Shown: positions 7,898-16,208 of the stretch, one piece after another
Numbering within the stretch: the first letter of the stretch is position 1
How the letters are laid out: each line of letters begins with the position of its first letter
Source: a virus
Taxonomy: Duplodnaviria > Caudoviricetes
Length of the DNA: 28,673 nt
Strand: one strand, 5' to 3'
IMG/VR virus record: IMGVR_UViG_3300027805_000064
Location: 1-28,673 of that record
Made by a program: the position numbers and the translations under genes
The notes under the pieces: generated by a model
Databases searched by the model: none
What the model was told of the DNA's origin: nothing
What the model saw: the letters and a program-made list of their open reading frames with translations, nothing else

Positions 7898-8626
7898 ATG
7901 CTGATAGACCAAGAATCGGATTTGCCGAGCGAAATTGAAGTCCAGGAATCCAAGTCTCAACTCCCCGACAAGTATCGGGATAAGAGTTTGGAAGAGGTTG
8001 TTCGGATGCACCAAGAGGCTGAGAGGCTGATTGGCAAGCAAGCCCAAGAAGTGGGTGAAGTCCGGAAGCTGGCTGATGAGCTTATCAAACAGAACCTTGG
8101 TTCAAAACAGCAAATCAAAGAGGATGAACCTGAAGTAGATTTCTTTGAGAACCCTCAGAAAGCGGTTCAAGCGACTATAGACAAGCATCCTGATGTTCTT
8201 GCGGCTCGTAAGGCCAGCATGGACTTCAAGCGTATGCAGATTGAGCAAAAGCTGGCACAAGAGCATCCAGACTACACCAAAATTGTCGAAGATGCTGATT
8301 TTCAAAACTGGGTGAAGTCTTCATCCATTCGTTTGGGACTGTATGCCAAGGCAGATGCTGAGTTTGACTATGAGTCTGCAAACGAGCTGTTTTCCACCTA
8401 TAAAGAGCTGCGTGGCGTCAAGGCGAAACAGGCTGGACAGGCAAGTGATGCTAGTCGGGCCAAGAGCATGAAGGCTGCACAGGTTGATGTTGGTGGGTCT
8501 GGTGAGAGTTCAAAGAGGGTGTATCGCAGGACAGACCTCATTCGGCTGAAAATGACCGATCCAAGCCGCTACGAAGCCTTGAGTGATGAGATCATGCAGG
8601 CTTACGCAGAGGGCAGGGTCAAGTAA
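7898..8626 (+). CDS. Capsid scaffolding protein
   Basis: Acidic, helical, immediately upstream of the major capsid gene; ATG at 7898 after AGGA. Confidence 0.8.
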   Translation: MLIDQESDLPSEIEVQESKSQLPDKYRDKSLEEVVRMHQEAERLIGKQAQEVGEVRKLADELIKQNLGSKQQIKEDEPEVDFFENPQKAVQATIDKHPDVLAARKASMDFKRMQIEQKLAQEHPDYTKIVEDADFQNWVKSSSIRLGLYAKADAEFDYESANELFSTYKELRGVKAKQAGQASDASRAKSMKAAQVDVGGSGESSKRVYRRTDLIRLKMTDPSRYEALSDEIMQAYAEGRVK

Positions 8627-8650
8627 CAATCTTGTTTTTGGAGATTCAAC

Positions 8651-9625
8651 ATGCCTAATACCGCATTTGCGCCTAATAACGCAGTTACCACCACCTCCGC
8701 AGCTAATTTCATTCCAGAAATCTGGAGTGATGAAATTGTTGCTGCCTTTAAGAAGAACCTCGTCTTGGCTAACGTAGTCAAGCGCATGTCCTTCAAAGGC
8801 AAAAAGGGTGACACCGTTAACATCCCTTCGCCTGCTCGTGGCAATGCCTCGGCTAAGGTGGCTACGGATGCTGTTACTCTGATTGCAGAGAGCGACACCA
8901 ACATTCAGGTGCTGATCAACAAGCACTTTGAGTACAGCCGCCTGATCGAGGACATCGTTGAGGTGCAAGCCTTGACTAGCCTGCGTTCTTTCTACACGGA
9001 AGATGCCGGTTATGCTCTGGCCCGTCGTATTGACACCGATCTGGTTCAACTTGGTCGTGCATTCAACGGCGCTACGGTTGGCACCAACGACTATGCGACC
9101 AGCAATACGTCTACCAAGGCGTTTATTGGTTCGGATGGCACCACTGCTTACAACAGCACCAGCTCTAACGCTGCGGCACTGACTGATGCGGCTATCCGTC
9201 GCACCATCCAGCGTCTGGACGACAACGACATCCCTATGGATGGCCGTTTCTTCCTGATCCCGCCTTCGAGCCGCAACACCCTGATGGGTCTGGCCCGTTA
9301 CACCGAGCAGGCATTCGTTGGCAACGGCGATGCTATCCGCAACGGTGAGATTGGTCAGTTGTATGGCATGGCAGTGTTCGCCACTTCCAATGCTGATACT
9401 GGCGCTGGCAACAGCGGTGCTGACCGTATCTGCTTGATGGGCCACCGCGATGCGATGGTTCTGGTTGAGCAGCTTGGCATCCGCTCGCAGACTCAGTACA
9501 AGCAAGAGTACCTGGGCACCCTCTTCACCGCAGACACGATCTACGGTGTGAAGGCGCTGCGTACCAACGCTACGAGCACTGCTGCTGACGCATCGGCTGC
9601 TTTCGCCCTGGCTGTTCCGGCCTAA
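8651..9625 (+). CDS. Major capsid protein (HK97 fold)
   Basis: 324 aa; FIPEIWS and GDTVNIP motifs; GGAG RBS; followed by a terminator. Confidence 0.92.
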   Translation: MPNTAFAPNNAVTTTSAANFIPEIWSDEIVAAFKKNLVLANVVKRMSFKGKKGDTVNIPSPARGNASAKVATDAVTLIAESDTNIQVLINKHFEYSRLIEDIVEVQALTSLRSFYTEDAGYALARRIDTDLVQLGRAFNGATVGTNDYATSNTSTKAFIGSDGTTAYNSTSSNAAALTDAAIRRTIQRLDDNDIPMDGRFFLIPPSSRNTLMGLARYTEQAFVGNGDAIRNGEIGQLYGMAVFATSNADTGAGNSGADRICLMGHRDAMVLVEQLGIRSQTQYKQEYLGTLFTADTIYGVKALRTNATSTAADASAAFALAVPA

Positions 9626-9635
9626 TGCAGTTGTC

Positions 9636-9663
9636 CCCTCCCCTTCGGGGGAGGGATCTTTTT
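9636..9663 (+). terminator. Intrinsic terminator after the capsid gene
   Basis: CCCTCCCC-TTCG-GGGGAGGG stem (cUUCGg loop) followed by TCTTTTT. Confidence 0.85.
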
Positions 9664-9678
9664 CTCTAGGAGATTGAA

Positions 9679-10002
9679 ATGGCTGCTGCTACCGCTGTTA
9701 TTTCCCGTCGTGGGAATGACCAATTCCGAGGCCTGTTTTCGGATACTTGGGAAGTCCAATGTACTTTGGATGCTGGTTCTGTAAGCACTGGCGCGACTGA
9801 CACCGACACGGTGACTGTTCCTGGTGTTGCTTTGGGTGATGTGGTTCTCGGTTTTTCGCATGGTGTAAGCGAAGCTGGCCTGATTAAACGGGCTTATGTT
9901 TCTGCCGCAAACACTGTGACGATTGCGACCTACAATCCCACTGCTGGATCTGTGAATCTAGCGTCAACCACTGTTACGCTCATCATCGGGCGTGCTGTGT
10001 AA
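9679..10002 (+). CDS. Putative capsid decoration/cement protein
   Basis: 107 aa, beta-rich (TVTVPGVALGD, AYVSAANTVT), directly after the capsid gene; AGGAG RBS. Confidence 0.65.
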   Translation: MAAATAVISRRGNDQFRGLFSDTWEVQCTLDAGSVSTGATDTDTVTVPGVALGDVVLGFSHGVSEAGLIKRAYVSAANTVTIATYNPTAGSVNLASTTVTLIIGRAV

Positions 10003-10035
10003 AAAGGACGGGGGGCCACAAGCCCCCTGTTTTTT
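10001..10035 (+). terminator. Intrinsic terminator, possibly bidirectional
   Basis: A-tract, then ACGGGGGGC-CACAA-GCCCCCTGT stem, then T-tract. Confidence 0.8.
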
Positions 10036-10049
10036 CTTTGGAGATGTAA

Positions 10050-10256
10050 ATGGCTACCTATCGTTGTTTGGCAAGTGGCAATACGGTGACGTTCACGCTG
10101 CCTCATGACATCGAGTCCATGAAGGGCCACGGTGGATATGTGCTTGTGGATGATGACGGTGATGCTGCACCGCAGCAAGAGGAATCTCGTGCTTTGCCAA
10201 TGCAGGCTCCTGTCAAAAAGATGGGACGCCCTCGCAAAGCTGTTTTGACCGATTAA
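10050..10256 (+). CDS. Hypothetical protein with C-terminal GRPRK (AT-hook-like) motif
   Basis: GGAG RBS; 68-aa ORF. Confidence 0.7.
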   Translation: MATYRCLASGNTVTFTLPHDIESMKGHGGYVLVDDDGDAAPQQEESRALPMQAPVKKMGRPRKAVLTD

Positions 10257-10266
10257 GGAGATAGAG

Positions 10267-10419
10267 ATGTACGGAAAATCCCCCAAGATGATGTCTTCTA
10301 AAGCGCCTGCAAAGAAGGCAATGCCAGTTGCAATTATGGTTGCTGTTGGTAAACCAAAGCCGCTGCCTAAGCGTGGTCAGCGCGCTATGACCAACAAGAT
10401 GACTCGTGGCAAGAAATGA
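10267..10419 (+). CDS. Small basic protein, 50 aa (MYGKSPKMMSSKAPAKK...MTRGKK)
   Basis: Translated manually; AAGGAG RBS; below the ORF-track cutoff. Confidence 0.7.
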   Translation: MYGKSPKMMSSKAPAKKAMPVAIMVAVGKPKPLPKRGQRAMTNKMTRGKK

Positions 10420-10568
10420 AAAAGACCAAAGCTGAGAAGAAAATCAGCAAGGTCATGCGCGAGTACAAGGCAGGCTCACTCCACTCTGGTAAGGGTGGGC
10501 CTGTTGTCAAGAGTCCTCGTCAGGCAGTTGCGATTGCCCTGTCGCAAGCAGGTAAGGAGAAAAAATGA
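10416..10568 (+). CDS. Small basic protein, DUF6496-like, 50 aa
   Basis: Translated manually: KVMREYKAGSLHSGKGGPVVKSPRQAVAIALSQAG; ATGA coupling. Confidence 0.75.
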   Translation: MKKTKAEKKISKVMREYKAGSLHSGKGGPVVKSPRQAVAIALSQAGKEKK

Positions 10569-10714
10569 AGCTGGGTCTGTACGCCAATATCAACGCCAAA
10601 CGCGCCCGCATCAAGGCTGGTTCTGGAGAAAAGATGCGTAAGCCCGGCACCAAAGGCGCTCCAACACCTGCGGCTTTTAAGCAATCAGCTAAGACCGCAA
10701 AAAAAAGTAGTTAG
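10565..10714 (+). CDS. Small basic protein, 49 aa (MKLGLYANINAKRARIKAGSGEKMRKPG...)
   Basis: Translated manually; AAGGAG RBS and ATGA coupling. Confidence 0.75.
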   Translation: MKLGLYANINAKRARIKAGSGEKMRKPGTKGAPTPAAFKQSAKTAKKSS

Positions 10715-10716
10715 TC

Positions 10717-12174
10717 ATGGTTCCAAGAACTTTCCCATCTAGCTTACATCCTTTTACAGGGCGCAGACAGCTCGTCGCACTATTTTTAGGCGACGTTACT
10801 GGATTGCAAAGATGGGTTGATTACATCCCGGTCAATTTTGGTAGTGGCACTTCTCTTGTTGAAGGCTCTTACGAAAACAACGGATTTATCGCCATCCAAG
10901 AAATTAGTTCTGGGATTGGTCTTCAAGCCTTCTTGGACTACATACCTGTTTTTTTTGATGCAGATTCTACGGATACTTGGCATGTTTCAGCCGTCGGTTT
11001 CATCCCGTATGGTGTTTCTGGAGTTACTTCTCCACCAAGTCTTGAACTTTCGTTCACAAGGTCTCAAACCCTCGACCCCCGCATTACTTTCACACGGTCA
11101 ACCACAGCCACGTTCACTGGCTCTGACGGCCTGATCCAAACGGCTGCAATCAACGCACCACGGTTTGACTACAACCCAACAACGCTTGCTCCGCTGGGCC
11201 TGTTGATTGAGGAGCAGCGGGTTAATCTGCTGCTGTATAGCGAAGAACTTGATACAGGGTGGACAAACGGTACTGGCGCAACGTGGCAGTACAGTTCTGG
11301 CGTATCTCCGGAGGGAACAACCACTGCATTAGGTGTTGATGGTCTTTCTGGAACAGGCCTTGTATCTACTGGCACTACTCTATACAGAGTAGGCACAGCG
11401 ATAAGTGGGTCGACAGCATATACATTTTCTGTCTATGTAAGGGCAAAAACAGGTACGGCTAACATCGCGCTCCGTATGTCCGAAACAGGTGGAAATAATA
11501 CTGTTTCCTCCGGAGTTATTGTAACAACGGCGTGGACACGAGTAAGTATGTCAGTTACTTCCGCAGCAGGCGCTACTTCGGTAACTGTTGCGGTCGGAAC
11601 TGCATCCGGCGCTGCTAACGTCTTCATCTGGGGCGCTCAACTCGAAGCTGGAGCCTTTGCCACCAGCTACATCCCTACAGTGGCAAGCCAAGTGACCCGT
11701 GCGGGTGATTTGGCTGTAATGACAGGGACAAACTTCAGCAGTTGGTACAACGCCACTGAAGGTACGTTTTACGCCCAGTTCACACCTGCTGCATCAAACT
11801 TTGGCGCAAACAAAAATATATTTGTGGCAAGTGACGGAACCACAAGCAATTTTGTTGGCTTGCGTTACGCTTCAACAGGAGCGCAACCAGCAATGGCTGC
11901 GACAACATTAGGTGTGTCTCAAGCTAACATAGCAACAGGCGCAATGGTCGCTGGGACAAACTACAAACTTGCTGGCGCATACAAAGCCAACGACTTTGCA
12001 GCAAGTAGAAATGCGGGAACAGTTGGAACAGATGCCAGCGGAACAATTCCAACTGTTACGCAAGCAGAGATTGGTGCTTTGGCAAGTTTGGCTATTGGCA
12101 CACAACACATCCAGCGCCTTGTTTACTACCCCCGCCGATTGAGCAACGCTGAACTGCAAGGAATCACAGCATGA
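10717..12174 (+). CDS. Fibre/head-spike protein, copy 2
   Basis: Shares blocks with 4742-6007 (LDPRITFTRS, GLLIEEQRVNLL, IWGAQLEAGAFATSYIPT); extra ~95-aa N-terminus. Confidence 0.75.
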   Translation: MVPRTFPSSLHPFTGRRQLVALFLGDVTGLQRWVDYIPVNFGSGTSLVEGSYENNGFIAIQEISSGIGLQAFLDYIPVFFDADSTDTWHVSAVGFIPYGVSGVTSPPSLELSFTRSQTLDPRITFTRSTTATFTGSDGLIQTAAINAPRFDYNPTTLAPLGLLIEEQRVNLLLYSEELDTGWTNGTGATWQYSSGVSPEGTTTALGVDGLSGTGLVSTGTTLYRVGTAISGSTAYTFSVYVRAKTGTANIALRMSETGGNNTVSSGVIVTTAWTRVSMSVTSAAGATSVTVAVGTASGAANVFIWGAQLEAGAFATSYIPTVASQVTRAGDLAVMTGTNFSSWYNATEGTFYAQFTPAASNFGANKNIFVASDGTTSNFVGLRYASTGAQPAMAATTLGVSQANIATGAMVAGTNYKLAGAYKANDFAASRNAGTVGTDASGTIPTVTQAEIGALASLAIGTQHIQRLVYYPRRLSNAELQGITA

Positions 12175-12404
12175 TCGACATGTACCTGAAGTTCAAAGAC
12201 GAAGCAGCAGCCACCAAGGTGCTGGAGGGCTATGAAGGCAGCATTGACACCATTGGCGTCATCTACGAACGCACAGGCGGCACAGACGAGGAACCTGTGA
12301 TGACTGCGCTGCCCGGCTGGCATGTCAATGTCCGTGGGCCTGAAAGTGATAAACTGACTCCGTTTGCTGTTCAAGTGAGTAGCCCGCACCGCGTGTGGGC
12401 GTGA
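12171..12404 (+). CDS. Small fibre-associated protein, copy 2
   Basis: ATGA-coupled; IDTIGVIY, GWHVNVR, PHRVWA. Confidence 0.75.
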   Translation: MIDMYLKFKDEAAATKVLEGYEGSIDTIGVIYERTGGTDEEPVMTALPGWHVNVRGPESDKLTPFAVQVSSPHRVWA

Positions 12405-12411
12405 GGAAAAA

Positions 12412-12708
12412 ATGCCTAAATCTTCAGCCTGGACTCGCAAGGAAGGCAAGAACCCAAAAGGTGGCTTGAATGCCAAGGGCAGAGAGTCTTATAATCAAGA
12501 AACTGGCGGGAGTCTGAAGGCTCCTGTCAAATCAGGCGACAACCCTAGACGGGCCTCCTTTCTAGCGCGTATGGGCAATATGCCCGGGCCTGAGTACAAG
12601 AATGGCGAACCCACTCGCCTTCTGTTGTCCCTCAAAGCCTGGGGCGCATCGTCCAAAGCAGATGCAAGGTCGAAAGCTAAGGCTATCTCAGCGAGGAACA
12701 AGAAGTGA
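12412..12708 (+). CDS. Basic protein, DUF6321-like
   Basis: WTRKEGKNPKGGLNAKGR and RRASFLARM motifs. Confidence 0.7.
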   Translation: MPKSSAWTRKEGKNPKGGLNAKGRESYNQETGGSLKAPVKSGDNPRRASFLARMGNMPGPEYKNGEPTRLLLSLKAWGASSKADARSKAKAISARNKK

Positions 12709-13040
12709 GGCCTGTTTCAGTTGGCGTAAATCCTACGGCTGCGGTTCTTACCACGGTCTATACGGTGCCGACTGGGTACTACGCAAAGTTCACCGTGATG
12801 TACATCCACAACACGGGCGGATCGACCAAGCACATCACGGTTCAGTGGATTGATGTGAGCGCCAGTGCCACTTACGACATCCTGACGGAATACACGTTGT
12901 CAGCAAAGAATTATTTACAGTTCGATGGCAATGCGTACATCGTGCTTGAGGAAGGTGATTCTATCAAGATCACTACTGAGTCGGACAGCTCGTTCAGCTT
13001 CATTGCAACCTTTGAAGAAACAGGATTGACACGGCAATGA
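12705..13040 (+). CDS. Hypothetical virion protein
   Basis: GTGA-coupled, beta-rich 111 aa (VYTVP, IVLEEGDSI). Confidence 0.7.
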   Translation: MRPVSVGVNPTAAVLTTVYTVPTGYYAKFTVMYIHNTGGSTKHITVQWIDVSASATYDILTEYTLSAKNYLQFDGNAYIVLEEGDSIKITTESDSSFSFIATFEETGLTRQ

Positions 13041-13684
13041 CCTACCTAGAACTCATCAATGATGTGTTGATCCGACTGCGTGAAACGACTGTTTCTACAG
13101 CGAATCAAACCACTTACTCCAGCCTGATTGGCAAGTTCGTCAATGATGCCAAGCGGCAGATTGAGGACGCCTTCGCGTGGAATGTGCTGGGCCAGACCGT
13201 GACTATCCCTACTGTGGCAGGCACCTACATCTACTCGATGACCGGTGCCGGGCAGAAGTTTCAGGTCATGGACGCGATCAACGTCACCTCCAACGTCGGG
13301 CTGCTAAACATCAGCTTCGTGGAGATGAACCGTTTCCAGAACTTCGTGCCTGCTATCGACGGCATCCCAGAGTACTACAGCTTCGATGGCGTGGATGGCA
13401 ACGGAGACACCAAGGTTGTTCTCTACGCTCGTCCTGATAACGTCTATTCGATTCAGTTCGCATTGACTGTTCCGCAGGCCACTCTGACTGCTGATGGAAC
13501 CTCTGTGATGGTTCCGGATGTGCTGGTTGTGCAGAATGCGTATGCTAGGGCACTGATTGAGCGTGGTGAAGATGGGGGTTTCTCCTCTTCTGAGGCTTAC
13601 CAGTTGTACAGATCGATGCTGTCTGACTACATCGCTCTGGAGGGCACTCGGTATCCAGAGAGCCAGGAGTTCATTGCGGTATGA
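13037..13684 (+). CDS. Head-tail adaptor / tail tubular protein A-like
   Basis: MTYLELINDVLIRLRE N-terminus; size and position before the 514-aa tail protein. Confidence 0.7.
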   Translation: MTYLELINDVLIRLRETTVSTANQTTYSSLIGKFVNDAKRQIEDAFAWNVLGQTVTIPTVAGTYIYSMTGAGQKFQVMDAINVTSNVGLLNISFVEMNRFQNFVPAIDGIPEYYSFDGVDGNGDTKVVLYARPDNVYSIQFALTVPQATLTADGTSVMVPDVLVVQNAYARALIERGEDGGFSSSEAYQLYRSMLSDYIALEGTRYPESQEFIAV

Positions 13685-15225
13685 GCCAAGCACTGCAAAC
13701 AGCAAGTGTTTCAGCGCCTGGATTCTTTGGCCTGAACACTCAGGACTCTCCAACTAATCTGGAGTCTGGGTTTGCTTTGGTTGCGACAAATTGCATCATT
13801 GACCGCTATGGCCGAGTTGGATCTCGCAAGGGCTGGTCAAGGGTCAACTCATCTTCTGGGAATCTGGGTGCCAACAACATTGGCGTGATCCATGAGTTGG
13901 TGCAGACGGACGGCACTATCACGGTTCTTTTTGCTGGCAACAACAAGCTGTTCAAGCTAGATGGGTCTAATGCTGTTTCTGAATTGACCTATGGGGGGGG
14001 AGGGTCAGCGCCGACCATCACCGCCAGCAACTGGTCATGCGCTTCCTTGAACGGCATCACCTACTTCTTCCAGACGGGTCATGATCCTTTGATATTCGAT
14101 CCTGCGGTGTCTACAACGACCTATAGGCGCGTTACAGAGAAGACTGGCTACGTGGGTACTGTCCCTAGCGCCAACATCGCCCTATCGGCTTTTGGTCGGC
14201 TCTGGGCGGCCAATACGAGCACAGTTAAGAACACTGTTTACTTTTCGGATCTGTTGGCAGGCCATGTGTGGTCTACCGGAACTGCTGGATCTCTGAATGT
14301 TGACAGGGTGTGGCCCAATGGGGCTGATGAGATTCAAGGTCTTGCTGCTCACAATGGGTTCTTGATCATCTTCGGCAAGCGGCAGATCCTTGTCTATCAG
14401 GATGCGACTACACCATCGACGATGCAGTTGAGCGACACGGTTGGCGGCATTGGATGTGTTGCTAGGGACTCGATCCAGACCACTGGTAAGGACGTTCTGT
14501 TCTTGTCCAACTCTGGTCTACGCTCGTTTGCCAGGACGATTGTTGAGAAGTCTGCTCCTCTTGGCGATCTGTCCAAGAACGTTCGCAATGACTTGATCCA
14601 GGTGGTTTCTTCTGAAACTGCTGCCAACATCAAGTCTGTGTACTCAGAGTCAGAGGCGTTCTATCTATTGACGCTTCCTTCGAGCAAAGAGGTCTACTGC
14701 TTTGACACTAGGGTTCAATTACAAGATGGTGCATTCAGGGTCACCACATGGAACAACATTGAGCCTACGGCTTTGCTGTCTAGGCGCAATGGAGATGTGT
14801 TGATCGGCAAGAATGGCTATGTCGGCAAGTACGGCACGTATCAAGATCACACATCAACGTACCGATTCCAGTACTTCACCAACCATGCGGATCTTGGCAA
14901 CGCAAACGTCACTTCTGTTCTCAAGAGGTTGCGTGCTGTTGTGATTGGTGGCACGAACCAGTATTTGACGATGAAGTGGGGATTTGACTTCTCTACGAAC
15001 TATCAATCTGGGAACGCACTGATCCCTTCACAAGGTGTCTACGAGTATGGCATTGCCGAGTACAACATAGCAGAGTATTCTTCTGGCGTGGCATTGCAGA
15101 CTCTATCGCTGCCTGTGAATGGCAGTGGGAAGATGGTGCAGACTGGTTACGAGGCCAACATCAATGGCGCATCAATATCTATCCAGCGCATTGAGATCCA
15201 ATTCAAAGATGGGAAGATATCATGA
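13681..15225 (+). CDS. Tail nozzle / DNA-stabilisation protein (P22 gp10 / tubular B-like)
   Basis: 514 aa, beta-propeller-like composition, podovirus synteny. Confidence 0.7.
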   Translation: MSQALQTASVSAPGFFGLNTQDSPTNLESGFALVATNCIIDRYGRVGSRKGWSRVNSSSGNLGANNIGVIHELVQTDGTITVLFAGNNKLFKLDGSNAVSELTYGGGGSAPTITASNWSCASLNGITYFFQTGHDPLIFDPAVSTTTYRRVTEKTGYVGTVPSANIALSAFGRLWAANTSTVKNTVYFSDLLAGHVWSTGTAGSLNVDRVWPNGADEIQGLAAHNGFLIIFGKRQILVYQDATTPSTMQLSDTVGGIGCVARDSIQTTGKDVLFLSNSGLRSFARTIVEKSAPLGDLSKNVRNDLIQVVSSETAANIKSVYSESEAFYLLTLPSSKEVYCFDTRVQLQDGAFRVTTWNNIEPTALLSRRNGDVLIGKNGYVGKYGTYQDHTSTYRFQYFTNHADLGNANVTSVLKRLRAVVIGGTNQYLTMKWGFDFSTNYQSGNALIPSQGVYEYGIAEYNIAEYSSGVALQTLSLPVNGSGKMVQTGYEANINGASISIQRIEIQFKDGKIS

Positions 15226-15917
15226 GTAATTACGTTCAGAGCACGAATTTCGCCACAAAGGACGCGCTGCCGTCGGGCGATCCGCTAAAGATTGTCAAGG
15301 GCACGGAGATCAACACCGAGTTCGTCAACATTGCAGTTGCAGTGGCGACCAAAGCTGACTTGGCTTCACCAACGTTTACTGGAACGCCTTTGCTACCCAC
15401 TGGCGCTACAGGGGTGACGCAATCTTCAACAGACAGTAGCACAAAGTTAGCCACGACAGCATTTGTTCAAGCCGTTAAAGCATCGTTGTTCCCTATTGGC
15501 GCTATCTATACCGCAGTCGTGTCTACGAATCCGGGCACGTTGCTCGGGTTTGGCACTTGGACGGCATTTGGCGCAGGGCGCGTGCTAGTTGGCTTTGATT
15601 CTGGCAATGCACTTTTTGACACCGCAGAGGAGACTGGCGGTTCGGCTGATGCAATCACGGTTAGCCACACGCACACGGCAACTTCTACTGATGCTGGTCA
15701 CACTCACGCTTATTCTGGCAACGTAAGCCCAACAACTCAGTTCTTGTACTCGGGCGGTGGCGGGAACGCGGGTATTGGCGTTCCCTATCAAGCCGGTTCT
15801 ACTACCAACTCTGGTACGGCCAGCATCACGACGACTGTCGCGTCTTCTGGCTCATCCGGCACCAATGCCAACTACCAGCCGTACATTACCGTGTATATGT
15901 GGAAGAGGACTGCGTGA
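15222..15917 (+). CDS. Short tail fibre protein with T4 gp10-like C-terminus
   Basis: LATTAFVQ repeat motif, FPIGAIY, GRVLVG, terminal NYQPYITVYMWKRTA. Confidence 0.75.
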   Translation: MSNYVQSTNFATKDALPSGDPLKIVKGTEINTEFVNIAVAVATKADLASPTFTGTPLLPTGATGVTQSSTDSSTKLATTAFVQAVKASLFPIGAIYTAVVSTNPGTLLGFGTWTAFGAGRVLVGFDSGNALFDTAEETGGSADAITVSHTHTATSTDAGHTHAYSGNVSPTTQFLYSGGGGNAGIGVPYQAGSTTNSGTASITTTVASSGSSGTNANYQPYITVYMWKRTA

Positions 15918-16207
15918 TCTCCCATCACTTCAGCGACGGTCTGTACGCCAAGGAGATAAGAGTCCCTGCTGGCGTAGCCATCCTGAAGCACACGCATGAC
16001 TTCAGCCATCTGTCGATCTTAGCCAAGGGCAAGGTGGCGGTGCTGATGGGCGAAGAGATCGAGATCATCAACGCACCAGCGTGCATAGAGATTAAGGCTG
16101 GCCTGACGCATGGCGTTAAGGCTATAGATGATTGTGTTTGGTTTTGCATCCATGCCACCGACGAGAAAGATCCGTCAAAGGTGGATAATATTTTGATGGG
16201 GGTTTGA
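15914..16207 (+). CDS. Cupin-fold protein
   Basis: GTGA-coupled start at 15914; cupin motif HTHxxxH...GKV and downstream H. Confidence 0.7.
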   Translation: MISHHFSDGLYAKEIRVPAGVAILKHTHDFSHLSILAKGKVAVLMGEEIEIINAPACIEIKAGLTHGVKAIDDCVWFCIHATDEKDPSKVDNILMGV

Positions 16208-16208
16208 T

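Noticed and set aside
8510-9505. 331-aa antisense ORF opposite the major capsid gene
   Set aside because: Shadow ORF expected from strong codon bias; no recognisable motifs. The same applies to the other antisense ORFs in the late operon.
4742-12174. Diversity-generating retroelement (TR/VR) or invertase shufflon behind the duplicated fibre genes
   Set aside because: No reverse transcriptase or recombinase in the window; copies are co-oriented, both coding, and differences are not adenine-specific.
13993-14004. G8 homopolymer in the tail nozzle gene as a phase-variation tract
   Set aside because: It encodes an in-frame GGGG linker in a probably essential gene; no sign of a frameshift.
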